Assembly (NCBI GenBank): GCA_963422735.1
Contig: OY730476.1
Coordinates: forward strand, 2,144,001 to 2,208,000
Direction: 5' to 3'
Source: Candidatus Latescibacterota bacterium
GTDB taxonomy: Bacteria; Latescibacterota; UBA2968; UBA8231
Length of the DNA stretch: 64,000 nt
Below are positions 9,430-17,857 of the stretch, piece after piece. Numbering within the stretch: position 1 is the stretch's first letter; every line of letters starts with the position of its first letter. The position numbers were made by a program, and so were the translations under genes. The notes below the pieces were generated by a model. The model did no database searches. It was not told the DNA's origin and saw only the letters and a program-made list of their open reading frames with translations.

Positions 9430-10060
9430 GTCTTCTTCCCTTTCTCCGGGCTGAGGAACGGATGGGGATGCCCGGTATAGACCCGCTCGCCGCGCACCAA
9501 GATATTCTCTGGATCGTCCTTGGATACATCGTGCGAGTCGTGCGCGCTGTATCCAAGGGTCATGCTGCTCCGAGAACCATTGCCTCGGTTGACATCGGAG
9601 CCGTGGAAGCAACAGTCGTTGAACAGCAGCACACCACCCGCTGGCATGGGCAGCGGGCGCCGGAAGTCGCCGCTGGGACGGAGCGGCTTTGCAAAGGGCC
9701 GCAAGTGACTGCCTATAACCAGATGCACACAGCCGTTGTCGATGGTCAATTCCTCCAGATAGATGAGCGCCGTGATTAAGGTCGGCTCGTACAACTCCTC
9801 GCCGGAATGCCACGGCACCAGGGCTGAGCCCGGCGGGCGCACCATGATGTGGTTGTGCTTGTTGGTCAGCAGTTCGATGTTGTCGCCGAGTATGCCCGTG
9901 AGTTAGTGGTTAGTGATCAGTGATCAGTGATCACTGATCAGTGATCAGTGACAGCAGTTCGATGTTGTCGCCGAGTATGCCCGTGAGGGCAACGAGCGCG
10001 ATCGGGTAGGTCGCTGCTTCGAGATACACTGGATCCCGCAGGCGACGCACGTCTTGAGAT
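9426..10060 (-). pseudogene. PhyH-family dioxygenase disrupted by heptamer-array insertion and 5' loss
   Basis: VRRLRDPVYLEAATYPIALVALTGILGDNIELL | insertion | LTGILGDNIELLTNKHNHIMVRPPGSALVPWHSGE..NGCVHLVIGSH..FHGSDVN. Confidence 0.8.
9867..9987. repeat. Exact 36-bp direct repeats (9867-9902, 9952-9987) enclosing seven heptamers (9903-9951)
   Basis: cagcagttcgatgttgtcgccgagtatgcccgtgag twice; insert ttagtgg ttagtga tcagtga tcagtga tcactga tcagtga tcagtga. Confidence 0.97.
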
Positions 10061-10171
10061 GTGCGCGAATTGGTGCCGGTCGCCCCGGTTGACCAGCCTA
10101 TGATAATCCGCTTTTATCCATATCAATAAAATTATACGGCTATACGGCAGACTACGGATTTTTATTCATAC

Positions 10172-10585
10172 ATGCAATCGGAGGAACAAGACATGACAGA
10201 AAAACTATACGAAGCCGCTTTTCCGTATGCCGAGGACATTCTCGCCTTGCCAGTGGAAGATCTCGACCAAACCGCAACGTGGTATAGAGCGGCGTTTGGA
10301 CTCGCCGAGGTCGAAAGACGCGACGACCCCGTGCCGACGGTCATTCTCGAACGCGATGGTGTGCAGATCGGGTTTGCGGTCAACGGCGGCGATGCCAGCC
10401 AAGAGGGCGCGGCTATTCTGGTGAACGACATCTACAAAGCCCGCGACGAGCTGGAAGCAAATGGTGTCGAGACGGGCAATTGGCGCATGGACGAGCGCGA
10501 TGGAAAGAAATACCAGGTTTTCTTCGTAGTCGCCCCCGACGGGCTTTGTTACTACTTCCACCAGCCAATTGAAAACGCCGGATAG
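10172..10585 (+). CDS. VOC/glyoxalase family protein
   Basis: LPVEDLDQTATWY..FGL, FFVVAPDGLCYYF; start may be 10193 (GGAGG SD). Confidence 0.85.
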   Translation: MQSEEQDMTEKLYEAAFPYAEDILALPVEDLDQTATWYRAAFGLAEVERRDDPVPTVILERDGVQIGFAVNGGDASQEGAAILVNDIYKARDELEANGVETGNWRMDERDGKKYQVFFVVAPDGLCYYFHQPIENAG

Positions 10586-10820
10586 CGACCCCGGTCGGCT
10601 TATGTCAATCGCGCAGACCGAGTTTTGCGCGCTTCCACTCGCTCTTATAGCTCTTTGGCGTCAGTCGGGCGGGTGCCGGAGGGCGGTCTTTGCCGAACCA
10701 GAATAGTAACTGATGTTCGCAGTGCTTTGTCGCTGACGAACCAGTCCGTGCCGGCGGTCCCCCCGGGGGCCTCCGCAGGAATGACCCCTGCCCGTCGGCC
10801 CGAAGTTCGGACCAAAGGCT

Positions 10821-10895
10821 CGTCGTTCCCGCGCTTCACCCTGCCTTTAGGTAGGACAAGCAGGCTTCACCGCGCCTTTAGGCGTGGCATCCAGC
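10821..10895. repeat. Two TTTAGG-loop hairpin units nested in a GTCRTTCCCGCG REP-like palindrome
   Basis: cgtcgttcccgcg-cttcaccctgcctttaggtaggac-aagcagg-cttcaccgcgcctttaggcgtggc-atccag. Confidence 0.8.
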
Positions 10896-10959
10896 GGGGG
10901 AGGCAGGGCGAAACCACGCGTTGGGCGGCAAACTGCGTAACGTCAGCGTCAGACAGTGA

Positions 10960-11170
10960 GTAGATGCCGTATCCGTCTGTGTCTGGGGTGCTCGTGTAAT
11001 GAGGGATCAACTGGTTTCTCAGTGCGCTCCATAAACCTCGGTGCATGTTCCTTTTGACTTCCACTGGCACCTGAAAATTCCCATATAAAACTCGTAGTCG
11101 TTGGCGTCCGAATTGCAGCCCAGAGCAGCTGATCCAACTCTTTGATCTGCTTCAGCTTGCAGCGAGTTGG
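10960..11170 (-). pseudogene. C-terminal remnant of a large ATP-binding/nuclease-like accessory protein
   Basis: FQVPVEVKRNMHRGLWSALRNQLIPHYTSTPDTDGYGIY (ExK and QL..Y pattern of PD-(D/E)XK-like tails); frames broken upstream. Confidence 0.5.
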
Positions 11171-11515
11171 AAAGGCGCACAGCAGGGGCAGGCTCGCGCA
11201 CTAGGCGACTTGAGCGTGGTCTTCGTCTTGTCTGCCCCAGGATCGCCGAGCAACACAGCCCCCAATTGTTCCGCCTCGCACCGGGCTTTTTCCCAATGAC
11301 GCACCAACCATTCCGTATCTCGATCTCGCATCTGTGGCGCAAAGAAAGTCGCCTCCGTCGCAGCGGACGGGACGCGAAATTTTGATCAAAAATCGCCACT
11401 CAGAGCGTCCGCTGAATTCTGGCGTTCGCCGGGATGACGTTTTGAAAGTATTAGGGAATCAGCCCATACTTAATCATTTGTAAATGACTGCGGATTGCTA
11501 TACAAAGGATCGGCC

Positions 11516-14029
11516 GTGAGTAAAACCTCCTTGGCCCTGCTGATCCTGTTCTTTTTTTCCGGGGCCTGCTCCCTCGTCTATCAAGTCGTCTGGGTGCGCA
11601 TGTTGATGCCCGTGTTCGGTGTCAGCACCTTTGCCGTCAGCATTGTTTTGGCTGCCTTTATGGCCGGTCTCGCCCTAGGCAGCTATTGGTGCGGACGAGT
11701 GGCCGACCGCCGAGGCAACGGCCTGCGGCTCTACGCGCTGTTGGAACTGGGCATAGGCGTCTTCGCTTTGATATTCCCGCTTTTGCTCGCGGGCTTAGAC
11801 GAGGTGTACACGGCGCTATACAGCTCTTTGCAGGATATAGACGGGGCCTTCGTGCTCGTCCGCTTGGTGCTCGCCTTCGCGCTGCTGCTGGTGCCGACCA
11901 CCCTCATGGGGGCTACCCTGCCGACGCTGAGCAAGGCCGTGGCGCATCGCTTGGAGCGGGTCGGCGGGGATATGGGACGCCTGTATGCGGCCAATACCCT
12001 AGGCGCGGCCACAGGATGCGCGGTGGCGGCCTTTTTCGCGCTCGAACACTTGGGAGTCAGCGGCACCACCTATGCGGCGGCGGTCGGCAACCTGCTCATC
12101 GCCTTGGTCGCTTATTGGTGGAGCTGCGATGGCCAGCAGGAGCAGACGGATGTAGGACGAGATGCAGCACCCACCACCTTGGAGGGCCGCTTGGTCTTGG
12201 GGGGATTTGCGCTTTCGGGGTTTGTGGCCCTCGGCTACGAGGTGCTGTGGACGCGGCTTTTGGCGATGCTCCTGCAAAGTGCCACCGCCCAAAGCCTGAG
12301 CACGATCCTCGTCGCCTTCCTGCTGGGGTTGGCTGGCGGGGCCGCGCTCGGAGCACACTTGATCGATCGCTGGCGCGCGCCGCTGGCCGTTTTTGGCGTG
12401 GTGGAACTGCTCATCGGGCTGTGTGGCCTAAGCTCGATTGCCGCCTTTGGCAGCATACCCTATATCGTCGAGGTGTGGGGCGGCGCGCTCTCGTGGGAAG
12501 GTCATCTGTCCAAGCTGTTCGTCGCCGCCTTCGTCGTAATGCTCCCGGCGACCCTGCTGATGGGGTTGCTCTTTCCCATTGCGGCCAAGGTGTGCATCCC
12601 GCGCATTGAACAGCTAGGCCGCGGCGTCGGCACCGTGTACGCCACCAATACGCTGGGGGCCATTGCCGGCGCACTGGTCGCTGGGTTTGTGCTGCTACCT
12701 CTGCTGGGCACCTATCGGAGCATTCAGGTGTTGGCGTGGGTCAATATCGCCATCGGTGCGGTGATCTTGGTGCTAGACCCGGCGGCTCAGCCGCGCAGAA
12801 AGGCCGTGCGCACGCTTGGCAGCTTGGCGCTGGGGCTGGCTCTGACGCTACTCTTGCCGGCTGGCCTCTTCGTCGAGTTGTTCCACTGGTCCGAGCCAAA
12901 CAGCCGCTTGCTCTACTGGGACGAGGGTGCTGGTGCCACGGTCTCGGTCCACCAGAAGCAGGACGGTGTGCGGATTCTCAAGGTCAATGGCGGCGGCGAG
13001 GTCCCTACCGACTACGCCTCGCTGCAGACCTTCCGCCTGCTGGGGCACTTGCCGCTGGTCTTGCACCCCGATTCAGCCGAAGTGCTGGTCATTGCTTTTG
13101 GCGGCGGCATCACCCTGTCCGCAGCCGAATTGCATCAGCCGGCGCGCCTCGACTGTGCCGAGTTGGTGCCGGGCGTCCCGCGAGCTGCGCCCTATTTTGC
13201 CCGCTACAACCGCCAGATCGCCACCCGCCTCAACCAAGCACCCATTGAGCTGGTCGCCGAAGACGGCCGCAACCACGTGCTGCACACACAGCGGCAATAC
13301 GACGCCATTATCTGCGACGCCACGCATCCGGGCACGGCCGATAGCTGGGTGCTCTATACGGAGGAGTTCTACCGGCTCTGCCGCAGCCGCGTCGGCACGG
13401 ATGGGCTGGTAGCGCAGTGGCTGCCGCTACACGGGCTGTCGGTGGAGGACTATAGGATGATCCTGCGGACCTTCCGGGTCGTGTATCCGCACGCTTCGCT
13501 GTGGCTGACCCACCAGTATTCGATCCTACTGGGCACGCCGGGTGCGCTGCACATAGACTACGCTGCGCTTGAACGCAAACTAGGACAGTCGGCGGTGCGG
13601 GCGAATTTGCGCTCGGTGGATATGGGCGATCCCCCCTCTTTTTTGAGCGCCTTAATCTTGGGCGAAAAGGAGCTAGCCGCCTACGCGGGCAGCGGGCCGA
13701 TCAATACGGACGACCGCCCTTACATCAGCTTTACCGACCGCCGTCGCCGTGGCACCAGCGGTGGCCTACCCGTGCTCAAGAGCTTGGCCGAGCACCTAGT
13801 CGTCAATCCCCGACCGTACCTATCGGCAGACGTTCCCACAGAGGCTGTCGAAGCACTCGAACAGCGCTTTGCCGCTCGGCGGCACACCGTGCTCGGGACG
13901 ATTGCCCTGCTCGAAAAGGATGGAGAGCGAGCGGCGGCGGCCTTTGCGCGGGCGCGGGAAATTGACCCCGGAGAGCGCGGTGCGCTACGCGGACTCAAAC
14001 AACGGAGCGGACGCGCTACGGCTCCCTGA
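11516..14029 (+). CDS. Fused membrane (MFS-like)/spermidine synthase-like SAM-binding protein with C-terminal TPR-like helix
   Basis: FFSGACSLVYQVVW, PTTLMGATLP, LYAANTLGA (duplicated membrane halves), VLVIAFGGGIT, EDGRNH, YDAIICD, NTDDRP. Confidence 0.9.
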   Translation: MSKTSLALLILFFFSGACSLVYQVVWVRMLMPVFGVSTFAVSIVLAAFMAGLALGSYWCGRVADRRGNGLRLYALLELGIGVFALIFPLLLAGLDEVYTALYSSLQDIDGAFVLVRLVLAFALLLVPTTLMGATLPTLSKAVAHRLERVGGDMGRLYAANTLGAATGCAVAAFFALEHLGVSGTTYAAAVGNLLIALVAYWWSCDGQQEQTDVGRDAAPTTLEGRLVLGGFALSGFVALGYEVLWTRLLAMLLQSATAQSLSTILVAFLLGLAGGAALGAHLIDRWRAPLAVFGVVELLIGLCGLSSIAAFGSIPYIVEVWGGALSWEGHLSKLFVAAFVVMLPATLLMGLLFPIAAKVCIPRIEQLGRGVGTVYATNTLGAIAGALVAGFVLLPLLGTYRSIQVLAWVNIAIGAVILVLDPAAQPRRKAVRTLGSLALGLALTLLLPAGLFVELFHWSEPNSRLLYWDEGAGATVSVHQKQDGVRILKVNGGGEVPTDYASLQTFRLLGHLPLVLHPDSAEVLVIAFGGGITLSAAELHQPARLDCAELVPGVPRAAPYFARYNRQIATRLNQAPIELVAEDGRNHVLHTQRQYDAIICDATHPGTADSWVLYTEEFYRLCRSRVGTDGLVAQWLPLHGLSVEDYRMILRTFRVVYPHASLWLTHQYSILLGTPGALHIDYAALERKLGQSAVRANLRSVDMGDPPSFLSALILGEKELAAYAGSGPINTDDRPYISFTDRRRRGTSGGLPVLKSLAEHLVVNPRPYLSADVPTEAVEALEQRFAARRHTVLGTIALLEKDGERAAAAFARAREIDPGERGALRGLKQRSGRATAP

Positions 14030-15935
14030 TTTCGACGAGTTGGTTGCTTGCTATGGGGCCGGAGACGGTCTGCGCGGTGCCAGAGGGCCACTGCACTTCG
14101 ATGCGCTCGACGGTGCTGGTTTGGCCCAAGCCTAAGTAGAGCGGCAAGAGGCTCTGCGAAAGATACCCCGACTTGCCATCGCGTACTCGGGTGTAGGTGT
14201 GGACGCGAGTGTGGACGCTGACTATCGCACCGAGGCCATCGCGGTTGGAGCGGGTGCCCACGAGGCGAACCTTGAGAAAATTGAGATCCGCTTTTTGGTC
14301 GCTCAGATCGCTGATTAACAGCATTGGCGGCGCATTGAACTCATTGGTGACAATATCTAAGTCGCCATCCTCATCTATGTCCGCCAGCGCCGACGCGCGC
14401 GATCCTAGCGCACCCCAGAAGACGTGGGGGCCACTGCGATCCTCGCAGTTGGGATGGGCTGCGTAATCCCCAGCGCAATCTAAGGCAAACCACTGCATGG
14501 CCGTGCGGCCCTTGCGCCGAGGCTCAACCCCAAGGGCAAATTCAGCATCGAGGAAGCCCTTGCCGCGATCGTTGAGCAATAAGGAGTTGACCGCGTAGCG
14601 GAAGGCGTAGTTCATGCTAGCGGTGATAAAGATATCTTCGTACCCGTCGGCGTTGAGGTCGCCCGCGCTCAGCCCCCAAGGCCAGTAGTTTTCCGCGCCG
14701 ATGGAGTCGGAAATCTCGGCGTAAGTGCCGTCGGCTTGGCGGTGGTAAAAGGCATTGCCGTAGATGCTGCGCCCGCCCGAGCGGAGAAAGCTCTCGGTCC
14801 ACTGCATGCGCGATTTGAGCTTTTCGCGCTCCGGCCCAATGTCCTCGCTCATGTCCGAGTGCATGTCGGTGATGTAGAGGTCTTGATGGCCGTCGTTGTC
14901 AAAGTCGAGGATCTGGGCCGACATAGCCCCCCACGGCGTGCGCGGGAAGACCGCTAGGCTCTTGTCGATAAAGCGCCGGCCTTGATCGTTTTCGTAGTAT
15001 TGGTCGTGCCCCTGCATGTTGAGCACGTACAGGTCTGGCCAGCCGTCTTCGTTGGCATCTAGCGCCACCGCGTCGCCGGACCAGCCATCGGCCTTGATCC
15101 CAACCTCCTCGGTCACATCGACAAAGCGGTTTTCCCCTGCATTGCGGAAGAGCAAGCTCGGCTCGGTGCGCTCGGGCTTGAGGTGCCCGGCAAAGGCGTC
15201 TTTGAAGCCGACGTAATAGTGGTACTGCTCAGCTTGCACCTCGGGTGCAAAGCCAATAACCGCGATTGGATCGCCGCGCTCGGTGTACTGCCCAACATTG
15301 GTCAAAAAGAGGTCGAGCTGCCCGTCGCGGTCGTAGTCGAAGAAGAGGGCCGCCGAAGAATGCCCCTCGTGGTCGAGGCCAGATTCTTGCGAAATATTGG
15401 CAAAGCACCCGTCGCCTTGGTTGCGAAAGAGAACATTACCCACGCGCACGTTGGTGACGTACAGATCGGGTGCTCCGTCGTTGTCTAGGTCGGCAAAGGA
15501 AGCACTCACGCCGATGCGCTCTGCGAGCGCCACGCCGCCTCGCTTGGTGATGTCGGCGAAGTGGCCACCGCCCACGTTGCGCCACAGCCCGTTCGGCCCG
15601 GCTTGGTTGACAAAGTAGAGGTCCGTGCGTCCGTCGCCATCGGCGTCCGCCAAGGCAATCCCATTGCCGTGGTCGTAGTGATTGGGCCGGTAGTGCCGCC
15701 CCGAGTCATCAACTATGCGGTGGTGGAAGGCGATGCCGCTTGCGGGCTTGCGGTCGGTGAAGCTGAAATCGCAAAAGACCGCATAGCCTGCGGCCGCGGC
15801 CACTTGGGCTTGGCGACGGCTCTCCAGCCAAGGGGGATCCAGTACTTCTGGGGGGACGCCAACAGCAGCGGGCGAATCGGCTGCGCTTATTTGGGTAGCC
15901 GCCGACAAAGACAAGAGAATTAGAATTAAAGGCAT
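14016..15935 (-). CDS. CRTAC1-family protein (FG-GAP/VCBS repeats + ASPIC/UnbV), secreted
   Basis: Signal peptide, many DxDxDGxxDL repeats, C-terminal SNRDGLGA..SGYLSQS..LGLG..VQWPSG. Confidence 0.9.
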   Translation of the reverse strand: MPLILILLSLSAATQISAADSPAAVGVPPEVLDPPWLESRRQAQVAAAAGYAVFCDFSFTDRKPASGIAFHHRIVDDSGRHYRPNHYDHGNGIALADADGDGRTDLYFVNQAGPNGLWRNVGGGHFADITKRGGVALAERIGVSASFADLDNDGAPDLYVTNVRVGNVLFRNQGDGCFANISQESGLDHEGHSSAALFFDYDRDGQLDLFLTNVGQYTERGDPIAVIGFAPEVQAEQYHYYVGFKDAFAGHLKPERTEPSLLFRNAGENRFVDVTEEVGIKADGWSGDAVALDANEDGWPDLYVLNMQGHDQYYENDQGRRFIDKSLAVFPRTPWGAMSAQILDFDNDGHQDLYITDMHSDMSEDIGPEREKLKSRMQWTESFLRSGGRSIYGNAFYHRQADGTYAEISDSIGAENYWPWGLSAGDLNADGYEDIFITASMNYAFRYAVNSLLLNDRGKGFLDAEFALGVEPRRKGRTAMQWFALDCAGDYAAHPNCEDRSGPHVFWGALGSRASALADIDEDGDLDIVTNEFNAPPMLLISDLSDQKADLNFLKVRLVGTRSNRDGLGAIVSVHTRVHTYTRVRDGKSGYLSQSLLPLYLGLGQTSTVERIEVQWPSGTAQTVSGPIASNQLVEIREP

Positions 15936-15938
15936 GTT

Positions 15939-17822
15939 CTACCTAACTGTAAGTTCGATGACTCCACCGACTTCCACCGCGAAGTCTAGGATGACGGCGC
16001 GGTCTTCCACCGGCAATTCGAAGGTAGCGGATTTTTCCAAGCCCCGATCGTAAACCAAGGCTTGGAGGCAGTCGCCTTCGACACCTTCTAGACGGGTATA
16101 GAGGCGCTTTTGAGCACCACCGTTGAGAATCCACATCCGGCAAATATTCGTCGAGGGCACTGCGAGTACGCCGGGAAAGGTGGGGGTGAAGGCACCCCAA
16201 AGTGCTTCGTCGCCCAAGTGCAGGGAAAAGAGCGAGTGGTGCGAATCGGCACTGAGGATCTGATGGCGGCCGAAGAGCAACAGGTCGCGGTGCTGGCGAT
16301 AAAAGGCGAGCCAAGCGCGGACGATGCGCTGGTGCTCTGTGGGCAAAGCGCGCAGGTCCATCGAAAGCATGGGGACGGCACTCGCGACGAGGCTGGCCAT
16401 AAAGCGGCCGACGTTTTCTGGTCTTTCCTCGGGCAACCAGTAGGCCGGGTCGGTGTGTACGGCCACGTTGCCTGCACGGCCGGCTTCCGGGTTGAGGATA
16501 TAGCTTTTGAGCCGAGTACACATGCGGCGGATGTGGTCGGGGTCGAAGGGCGCATCTTGGGCGCGGTGGCTGGTGGCAAAGGGCCGGGTGGCGAGGGTTG
16601 AGTAGTTCATGCGGTATTCGAGCAAGGCGTCGGCGCGCACTTGCGTGGCGGCCTGGTAGATGCCACGAAGCAGGTCGTACACGGCTTCGCCGTAGTCGGC
16701 AATATCGTGCTCGTAGTCGGTGGTGCAGGGCAGGCTGGCGCGGTCTCGCAGCGGGTCAATGAAGTCGATCTTGAGGCCGTTGCAGCCGTAGGTCTGCATC
16801 AGGTGTTTGACCGTGCGATAGGCGTATTGGCGCACCGCAGGGCAACGGGGACAGAGGAAGTTGTCCGCTTCGTTGGAGTCTGCGGCCCGGAAGCGGTGCT
16901 TTTGTATGAAGGGAACGTCGGCCAGACCGCTGATATTGAACAGCGGTGCGCACCACAGCAGGATGGTCAAGCCTTTGGACTGAACCTCTTCGACGAGGCC
17001 CTTGAGGTCGGGGAATTTGCTTTCGTCGGGAATGTAGTGGCCGGTGTCGGAATCGAAGCCATCGCCTTTGAACCAGCCTGCATCGACGATGATATTGCCA
17101 ATGCCCCATTCTTTGAGCAGGGGCACCATAGAGCGGATATAGTCGGTATCGACATCGTTTTTGATGCCGTACCAAGAGCACCAGACCGGCTCCCATACCG
17201 AGGGCGGTGCTGGCGGCAGAGCGACTCTGTGCAGCTCGTCGTAGGCGCGCGAGAAGGCGCGCACCTCGTCGAAGATGGGACGGTCCTCGCAGGACAGATA
17301 GAGCGTCTCTTCCCAGACGCTAGTCTCGCGGGGAGCGGGATCGAAGAGGCGCTGCAAGGACATGTTGGCGTCTTCGTCGTAGCAGCTATGACGGGTCTCG
17401 GCCGCGTGGACGTGGTCCATAAAGCCCATGCAGAAGCGGTTCTGGTCAAAGCGGTTTAGCGCGGCGACTAAGGGGAAAGACCAAGAGGTGAAGGTGTGCT
17501 CCTCGACGCCCCAAGGCAGGCTGATCAGGTCGCGCTTGCCAATGGCCTCGTGTAGAACGGGCACGAAGACGCGGTGCAGGTCCAGGCTGGGTACTGCGGC
17601 TTCCGCTTTGAATGCGGAGACCTTGAATGGGCTGCCATCCACTCGGCGCAATTGCCATGTCAGCAGCAGGCTTTTGGGGCCGAGCGGCGTTTCGATGCAG
17701 GAGTACTCGTAGCGGTCATTTGCATAGATACCGGGAGCGTCGATTGGCCGATCATCCAACGCGGGGTCCGCCGCGAGGGTGACGGACAAAGGGATGCCGT
17801 TGAAGCGGGTAGTGTAGCGCAT
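15939..17822 (-). CDS. Glycoside hydrolase family 36-like (alpha-galactosidase)
   Basis: WCSWY, IIVDAGWF, KFPDLKGLV, LLWCAP, GLKIDF; start MRYTTRF at 17822. Confidence 0.8.
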   Translation of the reverse strand: MRYTTRFNGIPLSVTLAADPALDDRPIDAPGIYANDRYEYSCIETPLGPKSLLLTWQLRRVDGSPFKVSAFKAEAAVPSLDLHRVFVPVLHEAIGKRDLISLPWGVEEHTFTSWSFPLVAALNRFDQNRFCMGFMDHVHAAETRHSCYDEDANMSLQRLFDPAPRETSVWEETLYLSCEDRPIFDEVRAFSRAYDELHRVALPPAPPSVWEPVWCSWYGIKNDVDTDYIRSMVPLLKEWGIGNIIVDAGWFKGDGFDSDTGHYIPDESKFPDLKGLVEEVQSKGLTILLWCAPLFNISGLADVPFIQKHRFRAADSNEADNFLCPRCPAVRQYAYRTVKHLMQTYGCNGLKIDFIDPLRDRASLPCTTDYEHDIADYGEAVYDLLRGIYQAATQVRADALLEYRMNYSTLATRPFATSHRAQDAPFDPDHIRRMCTRLKSYILNPEAGRAGNVAVHTDPAYWLPEERPENVGRFMASLVASAVPMLSMDLRALPTEHQRIVRAWLAFYRQHRDLLLFGRHQILSADSHHSLFSLHLGDEALWGAFTPTFPGVLAVPSTNICRMWILNGGAQKRLYTRLEGVEGDCLQALVYDRGLEKSATFELPVEDRAVILDFAVEVGGVIELTVR

Positions 17823-17857
17823 AGAGGCCGCGATTTTGAGCGGAGTAGCGCGTACCT

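Noticed and set aside
9430-9813. N-terminal extension of the dipeptidase ORF (similar extensions at 31000-31338, 40909-41073, 50615-50779)
   Set aside because: They overlap other genes or remnants in different frames; better starts exist downstream.
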